Shown here piece after piece: positions 18,581 to 27,263 of a stretch of 64,000 bases of DNA. The position numbers were made by a program, and so were the translations under genes. Each line of letters begins with the position of its first letter. The first letter of the stretch is position 1. The stretch spans positions 124,001 through 188,000 of IMG/VR virus record IMGVR_UViG_3300009104_001827; one strand, 5' to 3'. Below the pieces are notes generated by a model that made no database searches, was not told where the DNA came from, and saw only the letters and a program-made list of their open reading frames with translations.

Positions 18581-20624
18581 CTTCTGCCCTCTGCTGACTA
18601 TGATAGTATAGGGCTGACGGGTATATCGCCAGCTCCTTGTCTCCGCTAATGCTTAATATCTCTGGGAGAATATCAAGCCCCTCTATATTGGAGTTGTCGC
18701 TAATACAAGCCTCCGCTATAGATTCCCACTCGTCCAAGCCACGGGAGCACACGATTGACTCGCATAACTCCCCGGCCAACTCTGTTTGTTTTTTAGTTAG
18801 TCTCTTTTTCTTGCTTTGTGCCCGCAGCCCTCTTTTAATAAAGGAGCTCAAGCTCTCGATCTTATAAACTATCTCTTGGATATCCTTTCGGCTTACCTTT
18901 TCGCTAGCTGCTCGCTGTTGAGGAATTCCTCTAGTGCCTGCAGGCCTACCCACCTCATTGGGCGTGCTTGGCTGGCCTCCAGATGGTTGCGTAGGAGTTT
19001 TCTGCTCGGATATTCTCTCCTTTAGATCGCGCTCCTCCTCTGCTCCGGGAGCCTCAACTGCGGGAATTCCTCCAACCAGGGGATTGTATAACCCCTTCTT
19101 CCTCTCCTCGGAGAATATCTCTTGGGCTTCCTTTAGCTCACTTGAAGGCGGATATATTCCAGTTTTAATAGCGTCAATGCCTTGCTCTGGAGTGAGTATG
19201 CCCAGTTCAAGCAGCCTAGTAGCCACCCTTTGCAACTGCGCCTCATCCTTAATGTCTATCTCCTCGAATTTAGCTTTGGGATATTGCCTAAACCCTAGAT
19301 TCTGGCAGACCATCTTGATCTGTTTTTGGAGAAAATCATTCAAGAAAGCGTTTCTAGATTCCTTAAGGCGTTCAAGGAATATTTCTGCCTTGACCTGCGT
19401 ATTACTATAACGCTCGTCACCAACAATTATATTCTGAAGGCCCTCCCTAATATCTTGATTGACAATTTGATACTTGTCCGGACCCACAACCTTTCTTAGA
19501 TCAGGAATAATGAAGTCGGCCTTAGTGGTATAATCTCCAACAAGAACTCTTCCCACACTCTCGTTCTGAAATAGGCTTTGCATTGCCTCAAGGTTGCGGG
19601 GGTTTATTCCTCCGTCGTCAGGCTTGGCTCCCATGGTAATTAATAGAATGACATTTTCAATTGTCCGGCATATAGCTTGGTCAATCTTCTTGAGTTCTAT
19701 TTTATAATTAATATCATCCAGCACAGGGTAACCAAACGGAACCGCAAACGGCTCATAGTCTTGCTTCTTATAGAATGAATAAACTAATTTTTCAGGATCA
19801 AGGGATATCTCAACACCCTCCTTCATATAGGATCCGTCCTTAATTTTTTTCTTTAGGTCAGAATCCAAGGATTCAAAAACCTGCTCGTCATAGTCCGTTT
19901 TAGGATTCGCCAACCTCTCCAGGTCGTACTCAGAGAGAATCTTAAAATACTGCCCCTCACTAAATGAGGTGGACCGCGCGGCAGTTATATCGTATGGATT
20001 CAAAAAGATATACTTCAACGGAATCCCGCCAGGGGAGATTCCTCCGTAAACCTTGCTCATTTTAGCGAAGTCCTCTGCTGTGAACTTGCCATCAACTCGG
20101 TACATGAAAACATTACCAGATCTGTAATACTCGCGAAAATATTGATCTCTAACCGTCCATAGGTTAATCTTATCAAACCACTTATATACAAAGTCCCTTG
20201 ATTTTTGGTTGCCTCCCTCAAGGTGGATATTAGAATTAGCAAATTCAGACATAATGTCTATTGCATTTCTAAATATTGATATATTGGCGTAAGCCTTCTG
20301 GCACAGCTCTATAGCATTTCTAACGGAGACGCCGTCCGAACTAAACTCGAACGGGAGAAGTCCAGACTCTATATTAGAGAGCCTTTTCTTCTTGTCTCTT
20401 TTATATATACTATTCCTTCTTCTTGGATCACTTAAGGACTCCCCTTCGTTCCTGGCGGCTGAAGTTGTCGATTTAAATGACCCAAGAGTTTCTTCGGTAT
20501 AATAATTTTCCCCAGCAAATATTGGTGGAAGAAAATCCTGGTCCAGATTTTGACCAGTCTCACTTGGAGGCTTGTTAAACTGATCCCAGTACGAAGATTT
20601 CTTGGTATATTTTCGCTTTTTCAC
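18573..20624 (-). CDS. Portal protein
   Basis: About 680 aa; AYANISIFRNAIDIMSEF, YFREYYRSGNVF, AVPFGYPVL; likely start GTG 20624, 10 nt after a GTGTAA box (ORF track extends to 20687). Confidence 0.8.
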   Translation of the reverse strand: MKKRKYTKKSSYWDQFNKPPSETGQNLDQDFLPPIFAGENYYTEETLGSFKSTTSAARNEGESLSDPRRRNSIYKRDKKKRLSNIESGLLPFEFSSDGVSVRNAIELCQKAYANISIFRNAIDIMSEFANSNIHLEGGNQKSRDFVYKWFDKINLWTVRDQYFREYYRSGNVFMYRVDGKFTAEDFAKMSKVYGGISPGGIPLKYIFLNPYDITAARSTSFSEGQYFKILSEYDLERLANPKTDYDEQVFESLDSDLKKKIKDGSYMKEGVEISLDPEKLVYSFYKKQDYEPFAVPFGYPVLDDINYKIELKKIDQAICRTIENVILLITMGAKPDDGGINPRNLEAMQSLFQNESVGRVLVGDYTTKADFIIPDLRKVVGPDKYQIVNQDIREGLQNIIVGDERYSNTQVKAEIFLERLKESRNAFLNDFLQKQIKMVCQNLGFRQYPKAKFEEIDIKDEAQLQRVATRLLELGILTPEQGIDAIKTGIYPPSSELKEAQEIFSEERKKGLYNPLVGGIPAVEAPGAEEERDLKERISEQKTPTQPSGGQPSTPNEVGRPAGTRGIPQQRAASEKVSRKDIQEIVYKIESLSSFIKRGLRAQSKKKRLTKKQTELAGELCESIVCSRGLDEWESIAEACISDNSNIEGLDILPEILSISGDKELAIYPSALYYHSQQRAEDD

Positions 20625-20634
20625 GATGATTACT

Positions 20635-20640
20635 TTACAC
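20635..20640 (-). promoter_or_regulatory. GTGTA-box upstream of portal
   Basis: TTACAC on + strand. Confidence 0.55.
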
Positions 20641-20650
20641 CTATAATAAC

Positions 20651-20691
20651 CCAAAGTCGGCCAAAAGTCTAAAAGTCGACTTTTCAACTTT
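20651..20691. repeat. Clustered AAAGTC direct and inverted repeats
   Basis: AAAGTC at 20653, 20664, 20672; palindrome AAAAGTCGACTTTT 20671-20684. Confidence 0.7.
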
Positions 20692-20771
20692 CACAACACC
20701 CTCGCTTTCAGTAATTAATGAAAAAAATGTCTATAAAAAACTTACATTCCAAAGAACCTCCCCCGAAAGGG

Positions 20772-20777
20772 GTGTAA
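20772..20777 (+). promoter_or_regulatory. GTGTA-box upstream of DUF2827 pair
   Basis: GTGTAA 9 nt before ATG 20787, abutting CCCC-GAAA-GGGG hairpin. Confidence 0.55.
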
Positions 20778-20786
20778 ATAAGCTCA

Positions 20787-21926
20787 ATGAGGGTAGCAAT
20801 CACAGCAACACTAGACTACAGTTTTTTCTCCAACGGGCTAATTCAGAATATTATATCCCTATATGAATTACTAGAGAAGTGTGGATTCAAGGTTTCCCTG
20901 CTTGATTTCGGAGACAAAAGCAGAAGTGGCTCGACCCATGCCCATAATAAACTAAACAAGAAAAATATATTGCGCTGGGGCGAATTCACCAGGAAGCAAC
21001 AGCACTTTGATTTAGTTATATGCGCAGGAGTATCCCTCGATGAAAACTTAAAAGATTCGCTAACCAAAGCCAACCCCAAAATAAAAACAGTGGGAGTACA
21101 TTACGGCAATAATTTAATTAACCTGATGTGCGAATGGTTTTCAAAAGTCCCGCCCAAAAGGATTTCCGGGCACCCCGACTGCCCCCCGATGAAGCTTAGG
21201 CATGAAAAACTATACGAAGAAACGTGGATCTCGGAACATTATCTTTTCGCAAAAGAATTTTATGAATACACAGACGAAAGCCCGGTCCGCACAATGCCCT
21301 ATATATGGAGCCCCAGTTTTATTGAAGGGGAGGCAATAGACCACGGAATTAATATAAACTATATTCCAGTCAAGAAACCCAACTTAGCCGTGGTCGAGCC
21401 TAATATAAATATATCAAAAAGCTTTTTAATTCCGATGCTCGCAATTTCAAGCGTCCTAGAATCCAGCCCAGACATATTTGAACATGCATGTATTTACGGA
21501 TCGGATTCCTTTTTTAGGAACAGAGAGTTCCTTAAGGAATGGATACACGACTGCACGTCGCTCGGAGAAAACAAAGACCGATTCACATTCTTCCCCAGGA
21601 AGCCCATTCCAGGCATTATGCACGTGAAAAATCCAGCAATAATAAGCCACCAACACTTAAATGAATTAAACTACACACACCTAGAAGCCCTGTTTTGCGG
21701 TTACCCATTAATACATAATTCTCCCCCATTTAAAGAGTTTGGATATTTCTACGAAGGCTTCAACCTTCTGGAAGCCGCAGAAAAAATAAAAGAAGCAATA
21801 GAACAGCACAACGACAACCTTTCAGCATACTTAGAAAAAGGGAAAGAAGCCGCCTGGAAGTACAGTCCTGAAAATCGAAGCAATATTGAGTGCACTAAGA
21901 AGCTGGTACTAGATTTGTTTAAATGA
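20787..21926 (+). CDS. DUF2827-family putative glycosyltransferase
   Basis: SNGLIQN, VVEPNINISK..LIPML, ISHQHLNELNY..LEAL..GYPLIHNS, GYFY. Confidence 0.8.
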   Translation: MRVAITATLDYSFFSNGLIQNIISLYELLEKCGFKVSLLDFGDKSRSGSTHAHNKLNKKNILRWGEFTRKQQHFDLVICAGVSLDENLKDSLTKANPKIKTVGVHYGNNLINLMCEWFSKVPPKRISGHPDCPPMKLRHEKLYEETWISEHYLFAKEFYEYTDESPVRTMPYIWSPSFIEGEAIDHGININYIPVKKPNLAVVEPNINISKSFLIPMLAISSVLESSPDIFEHACIYGSDSFFRNREFLKEWIHDCTSLGENKDRFTFFPRKPIPGIMHVKNPAIISHQHLNELNYTHLEALFCGYPLIHNSPPFKEFGYFYEGFNLLEAAEKIKEAIEQHNDNLSAYLEKGKEAAWKYSPENRSNIECTKKLVLDLFK

Positions 21927-22996
21927 ATATTGCAATAACGAGCCTACTCCACAGAAACCCGTGGAAATCAAGACAGAAGCAGTCAGCCGTCAACCTATAT
22001 GATTGTCTTCAAAACTTAGGTTGTAAAGTTTTTTACATAACCCCTTCAACGGATTACCAAAATTTCAACAAAGACCACGTCGGCTACCCAGAGCGGGCTA
22101 TGACAAACAAGGGTGCACCCAAGGTAGATATACTGATCATCCACGGCTACGTTCCCTCGGAAAAATTCTTTAATGAATTTTTCAAAGTAAACAAAAAAAC
22201 CAAAATCATTCACAACTATCTCGAAAACCCACTTGAAGAACTCTCTTGCGGACTGTCCTCCAAAGAAAAATTAAATATTTCAAAATTCACCGAAGAGCTC
22301 TGGCTGCCACCCCACCACATAAGTAAAAAAAACCTAATGGAGTCACTCCACCCTTCGGGTTGCGAGGCAAAAGAGTCTCCTTACTTATGGAGTTCATTTT
22401 TCATAGATGAAGCGTCTCGACAAAAAAAGGGAAGAACCCTACGGTTTAACAAAGACAGGGCCGGGGGAATATCAATCCTAGAGCCAAACATCTCCTATAT
22501 AAAAAATTTCATCATTCCCATTTTAGCTAGCGAAAAAGCAAATCTCAAAAGCCCGGAGGCGATCAATACAGTAAGCGTCTTCAACACGCAACACCTTAAA
22601 AACACAGAATTTTTGCATTCGATTACCTCAGGAATGTCGATAAACAAACAAAAAAAACTCTATTTAAGCAACAACTGGGAAGCTCCAGACATATATAGCC
22701 GTTGCGGACAACACATAATTTCCCACCAAGTAGACAGCGAACTTAATTATCAGCACCTAGAAGCCCTATACTTGGACCTTCCGCTTATACATAATTCAAA
22801 AACAATATCATCCACGGGGTATTATTACAAAGATAGCGAAATAGAGCTTGCAGCAAACCAGTTAATAAATTCCATCCTTCACCACACGAACAACTTAGGA
22901 GAATACAGAAACGCCTCAAGGGAGCTAATCTCTATCTTCTCCCCAGGAAACAAGCGAAACCTGGACATATATGCCAGCTTGATTTTTGAAAAATAA
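21923..22996 (+). CDS. DUF2827-family paralog
   Basis: ILEPNISYIKNFIIPI, ISHQVDSELNYQHLEALYLDLPLIHNS, GYYY; ATGA overlap. Confidence 0.75.
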   Translation: MNIAITSLLHRNPWKSRQKQSAVNLYDCLQNLGCKVFYITPSTDYQNFNKDHVGYPERAMTNKGAPKVDILIIHGYVPSEKFFNEFFKVNKKTKIIHNYLENPLEELSCGLSSKEKLNISKFTEELWLPPHHISKKNLMESLHPSGCEAKESPYLWSSFFIDEASRQKKGRTLRFNKDRAGGISILEPNISYIKNFIIPILASEKANLKSPEAINTVSVFNTQHLKNTEFLHSITSGMSINKQKKLYLSNNWEAPDIYSRCGQHIISHQVDSELNYQHLEALYLDLPLIHNSKTISSTGYYYKDSEIELAANQLINSILHHTNNLGEYRNASRELISIFSPGNKRNLDIYASLIFEK

Positions 22997-23038
22997 AAGT
23001 TCCCACAACTTGATTTCCGAATGTAACTATAGACAACT

Positions 23039-23686
23039 ATGGCAAAGAAAATACTTGCCGAGGAGTTCAGCCTAAATAGTTACGATCTAAAATTAGACGG
23101 CAACAATAAGTTGCAGTTCAATAGCGTAACACAAGCTGACGCAACAGACATTAGTTCTATCGATACTCGTGTCTCTAAAGAAACATCCCTAAGGGACTCA
23201 AAGGTTAAAAGCATTGACACTCGTGTTTCCACGGAAGTCTCAACCAGAGGAAAAAAAATCGACAGCCTCGATATTAGAGTTTCTCTTGAAACCTCTACCA
23301 GAGGAAAAAATATCGACAGCCTCGACACTAGAGTTTCTCTTGAAACCTCTAATCGTGGAGTGGCAATCAACAGCATCGACACAAGGGTGTCTTCAGACAT
23401 CAAAAGTCTCGACGAGCGCTTGACGGACGAAGAAAATACGACGAAGATTTTAGCGAATCAAGACGTAACGAACGGCGCTTCAAGCCAAGCAGTAAGCCTT
23501 GTCGGCCTTGGATTTGTAGAAAATTCGGAACCAGTGGTCGTTGGAATGCTTCGAAGCACCGACTCCGACGATCCTATCGTTGCTTGCATGCTCTCAGGAG
23601 CCGCATCGCACTCAACTGCAACATTCTTGTTCTCAGACGAGATTCCTTCCAATAATTATAAGTTAGACGTTATCCTAACAAGATAA
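23039..23686 (+). CDS. Short fibre-like protein with 18-aa S(I/L)DTRVS repeats
   Basis: Five repeats, then small beta-rich C-terminal domain. Confidence 0.65.
   Translation: MAKKILAEEFSLNSYDLKLDGNNKLQFNSVTQADATDISSIDTRVSKETSLRDSKVKSIDTRVSTEVSTRGKKIDSLDIRVSLETSTRGKNIDSLDTRVSLETSNRGVAINSIDTRVSSDIKSLDERLTDEENTTKILANQDVTNGASSQAVSLVGLGFVENSEPVVVGMLRSTDSDDPIVACMLSGAASHSTATFLFSDEIPSNNYKLDVILTR
23156..23422 (+). repeat. 54-bp (18-aa) tandem repeats
   Basis: ATCGACAGCCTCGA units at 23258 and 23312, variant ATCAACAGCATCGA at 23366. Confidence 0.9.
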
Positions 23687-23698
23687 CCTTAAGTTTCA

Positions 23699-24976
23699 AT
23701 GGCCAGTAAAATACTAGCAGAGGAACTTCAGTCGGGCTCTTATAGCCTGAGTACTAACGAAAGTAACGGAGGGACAGATATAGGCGCTATCGAAGAATTC
23801 GACAGCACCTCAGCCTACTCCGCTAACGATAAAGTTAAATACCGCCCTAACGCCAGCACGGCATATTCCGTATACAAAATCAATTACGACATGCCCGCAG
23901 ACAAGCTTCCCGCAAATGCGCCGGAGGCTGACGAATGGACCGGAGCTAACACCTATGACGCAGACTCGGCGTACTCCGCAGGAGACAAAGTCAACTACTT
24001 AGGAAGAGGCTATATGGCTCACGCTGATCATGACGCAAGTAACCACAACATTTCGAACGCTGCCCACTGGGGGCTGGCGAGCGCAATGTTTACCAACATT
24101 ACCTTGCGTATAGATGGGTTTAACGATGGAGATATTGCCGATACACGGACAGTTGAAAGTCTTAACGTTAGAATTGCGAATGAAGAATCAGCGGACGGCG
24201 TAGCCAAGGAGGTATTCTCCACAGAAGATGGCTTCGCAACAAATAAGACCAGCATCGACGTACGGGTTGCGCTCGAAAAGACCACTCGCGAAAGTGAGGT
24301 CAGCAGTACAGAGGACGACATCGAAGCTGAGAAAACCGCTCGCGAAAGTGAGGTCAGCAGTACAGACGACGACGTCGAATCCGTCACGAGCAATCGTGGC
24401 AGCAAAGTGACCTCGGTCGATAACCGGTGGTCATCCGAAGTGTCAACATGGAATTCTTCCCTTTCTGAAGAAGAGGGTACAATGACGTACATCGAGGGCA
24501 TTCCCTTGACTAAGCCTGACTCAAGCCCCAGCAATGGGACAACCTTAGGGTCTGGATCTGACGACTACTCAATCAACGCTGACGGGAACGTGGTTACTAT
24601 CACCTATCCCTCCAGGACCTTTGGGGTAGATCCAACCAGCCTTACCGCCTTCGATGATGAAGGAACTTACGTCAAAGGCGACCAGGTTTCCTACGACAGC
24701 AAGTCATGGCAGGCCCTAAGCGACCATGACGGATCACAAGGAACCACTCTCGATAACCCAGGCGACACCGCCGGGGAATGGGAAAACATCACCAATAAAA
24801 CGGTTCCCGCCGCAGTTGCATCCTTAAGGATGACTGCCGCTGGGTTCGCCGCAGGTGCACCAATGCTTATGTGCATGGGGCAAGGAACCCCTACAGCGAC
24901 ACAGGCAAGCTTTGTTCTTTCGGCCGCGCCGGAAGAAGACAGCCACTACGTGATGGATGTAGCAGTTGCTATGTAA
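23699..24976 (+). CDS. Fibre/adhesin-like paralog with three CBM5/12-like modules and 18-aa repeats
   Basis: N-terminus MASKILAEE like upstream MAKKILAEE; Y..GD.V.Y modules; 54-bp duplication at 24281/24335. Confidence 0.65.
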   Translation: MASKILAEELQSGSYSLSTNESNGGTDIGAIEEFDSTSAYSANDKVKYRPNASTAYSVYKINYDMPADKLPANAPEADEWTGANTYDADSAYSAGDKVNYLGRGYMAHADHDASNHNISNAAHWGLASAMFTNITLRIDGFNDGDIADTRTVESLNVRIANEESADGVAKEVFSTEDGFATNKTSIDVRVALEKTTRESEVSSTEDDIEAEKTARESEVSSTDDDVESVTSNRGSKVTSVDNRWSSEVSTWNSSLSEEEGTMTYIEGIPLTKPDSSPSNGTTLGSGSDDYSINADGNVVTITYPSRTFGVDPTSLTAFDDEGTYVKGDQVSYDSKSWQALSDHDGSQGTTLDNPGDTAGEWENITNKTVPAAVASLRMTAAGFAAGAPMLMCMGQGTPTATQASFVLSAAPEEDSHYVMDVAVAM

Positions 24977-25017
24977 TAGTCTCACTAATTAGAATATAAT
25001 TAAATTCTAACATTTTT

Positions 25018-25042
25018 AGCCCCCCATTGGGGGGCTTTTTTT
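25018..25042 (+). terminator. Rho-independent terminator
   Basis: AGCCCCCC-ATT-GGGGGGCT followed by T-run. Confidence 0.85.
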
Positions 25043-25056
25043 GTGTAAACCCAACC

Positions 25057-25710
25057 ATGGGCATATTTGACATTTTCCGCAATTGGCAAAAAAATGAGCT
25101 CGGCCAGTTCTCCGAGAAGAAGGGACAAAAGAAAAAGAGCAAGAAATCCTCAAGCATAGACCCCGAAAAAGCAAAGATCATGCGAAAACTCAAACATAAA
25201 TCGAAATACCTTGAGCTAGAATACGAGGAAGCGAAAGAGATTCTAGAGATCGCTAAAACCGAATTCTTTACAAGCATACAAGAGTATTGCCAAGCCAACC
25301 CCGAGGCAAAGAACCCTCTTTGTCCCGTCGAGCCCAACAAGAAAAAAGACAAAACAGACATGGATTTCCCCGACGAACTAAAAACAATCTATCGTGAAAT
25401 AATTAAAGCGACACACCCAGACCACCACCAAGAGGGTGACGAAGAGGAGCTAACAGAAACATTGATTAGCGCAACACACGCAAAACAAGAAAACAAAATA
25501 GAAGACCTAATCAATATATCCTTCGACCTAGATATTGATATATCAAACATTAGCCTAGACCTTATAGAGGAAGTGGAAAAGGGTTTAAGAAAAAAAGAAA
25601 TTAAAATAAAGAAAATGAGAAAAAATAATGCGGTAGTTTGGTATTATGCTCCGCCGGACCAACGGAAAATATTTATCGAACGCATTTGCCCCATTAAAAA
25701 AGAAGAATAA
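25057..25710 (+). CDS. Protein with J-domain-like HPD segment
   Basis: LKTIYREIIKATHPDH; start ATG 25057, 8 nt after GTGTAA (25043-25048). Confidence 0.6.
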   Translation: MGIFDIFRNWQKNELGQFSEKKGQKKKSKKSSSIDPEKAKIMRKLKHKSKYLELEYEEAKEILEIAKTEFFTSIQEYCQANPEAKNPLCPVEPNKKKDKTDMDFPDELKTIYREIIKATHPDHHQEGDEEELTETLISATHAKQENKIEDLINISFDLDIDISNISLDLIEEVEKGLRKKEIKIKKMRKNNAVVWYYAPPDQRKIFIERICPIKKEE

Positions 25711-25716
25711 TTTGCC

Positions 25717-25745
25717 TTGACATTTATTCCATTTAATGCTAGAAT
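25717..25745 (+). promoter_or_regulatory. sigma70-type promoter for nrdB
   Basis: TTGACA, 17 bp, TGnTAGAAT; GTG 6 nt downstream. Confidence 0.8.
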
Positions 25746-25751
25746 CAACGC

Positions 25752-26765
25752 GTGAATGACAAAACAGGAGAACTTTTAAGCGACAATATCGCTGGAGTGA
25801 ACAGGATCTTGCCCCATAAACACAAGTACGCCTGGGATCTCTTTATAACTAGCTGCGCCAACAACTGGATGCCTACAGAAATATCCATGCAGGGCGACAT
25901 ACAACAATGGAAAAATGACGAAATCACAGAAGATGAAAAACTCCTCGTCAAGAGGTGCCTCGGATTTTTTGCTGGAAGCGAGTCTTTGGTTGGGAATAAC
26001 CTGCTGCTTTCTGCTTTCAGATTTGTTACGGACGCTGAGTGTCGCCAGTATATTTTGCGCCAGGCTTTCGAGGAAAGCCTTCACAACCTTACTGTCGTTT
26101 ATATATGCGACAGCCTGGACCTGGACATTGAAGAGGTTTTTACTGCCTACGAAACAATCCCAAGCATTAAAGCAAAGGACGATTTCCTCCTAGAAATTAC
26201 AACCGACATCACAAGGCAGGAACTTAACTACAAAACAAAAGAAGGCAAACAGGAAATACTCAGAAACCTTCTTACTTATTATATAATTTGCGAAGGAACC
26301 TTCTTTTTTAGCGGATTTGCCATGATGCTCGCACTAGGCAGGCAAAATAAACTCCAGGGGATATCCGATCAAATAAAATATACTCTAAGGGACGAAAGTT
26401 CCCATATTGCGTTTGGTGTTTATTTAATAAACACAATCATAGAGCAGAATCCCGGAATCTGGACTAAGGCAATACAAGAGGAATTCGTAGACCACATGAA
26501 AAAGGCTGTGGACCTGGAGATTGCATATGCTCACGACGTATTGCCTACGGGCATTTTGGGTCTCAACGCAGAAATGTTCATTGACTACATGCATTACATA
26601 GGCAATCGGCGACTGGAAGCTATCGGCTTAGACTATCGGTTTCCCGGAGACAAGAACCCATTCCCCTGGCTAGGAGAGGTAGTAGACGTGCAGGCTATGG
26701 GCAATTTCTTCGAAAGAAGGGTCAGAGAATACCAGCAGGCAGGAACGCTTGAAGATGATTTTTAG
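25752..26765 (+). CDS. nrdB: Ribonucleotide reductase beta subunit, class Ic-like
   Basis: NNWMPTEI, GSESLVGNN, EESLHNLTV, EGTFF, RDESSH, GNFFERRVREY. Confidence 0.95.
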   Translation: MNDKTGELLSDNIAGVNRILPHKHKYAWDLFITSCANNWMPTEISMQGDIQQWKNDEITEDEKLLVKRCLGFFAGSESLVGNNLLLSAFRFVTDAECRQYILRQAFEESLHNLTVVYICDSLDLDIEEVFTAYETIPSIKAKDDFLLEITTDITRQELNYKTKEGKQEILRNLLTYYIICEGTFFFSGFAMMLALGRQNKLQGISDQIKYTLRDESSHIAFGVYLINTIIEQNPGIWTKAIQEEFVDHMKKAVDLEIAYAHDVLPTGILGLNAEMFIDYMHYIGNRRLEAIGLDYRFPGDKNPFPWLGEVVDVQAMGNFFERRVREYQQAGTLEDDF

Positions 26766-26804
26766 TTAGACAAAAAAGGCATCAAGGTGTATATAACATA
26801 CATC

Positions 26805-27263
26805 ATGAGTCACATAGATTACCCCAATAATAACAACCCCAACAATTCGCCCGCGCCCAATTACTCAAGCCAATCGGCGTTTGTTCCCGGGCTTGCTAAA
26901 GGTGACAGGGGTTACTACGGTAACGATAATGGAGGGGCTTATTCAAACTCAAACAGCGCAATAGCTCTTTTTGCGGCCGTGCAAAACCTAACCGCTGGAG
27001 ATCACTCCCCCCCAGGAAGCAAATTAAACGAATGGTTGGACGTCACGAATTCCGACACATGGGCCGACATTGGGATTGCGCCCCCAGCCAACTGGAGAGA
27101 GGTTACCCCTACGTATAGCCATACAACAAACTACCCCCCGGCGACATTAGTTCAGTACGTTGAGTCCAGAGGCAAAACTGGATGGTTCGATAGGGACGAA
27201 AACGGAAACCTAGTTACTAGACTTCTTAAAAACAAGCCCGCAAACTCAAACTTAAAAATATGA
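26805..27263 (+). CDS. Hypothetical protein
   Basis: ATG 26805 lies 12 nt after GTGTAT (26787-26792); N/P-rich N-terminus. Confidence 0.7.
   Translation: MSHIDYPNNNNPNNSPAPNYSSQSAFVPGLAKGDRGYYGNDNGGAYSNSNSAIALFAAVQNLTAGDHSPPGSKLNEWLDVTNSDTWADIGIAPPANWREVTPTYSHTTNYPPATLVQYVESRGKTGWFDRDENGNLVTRLLKNKPANSNLKI

Noticed and set aside
23156-24400. 54-bp repeats as CRISPR array or DGR template/variable repeats
   Set aside because: In-frame coding repeats with no spacers, no adenine-specific variation and no reverse transcriptase
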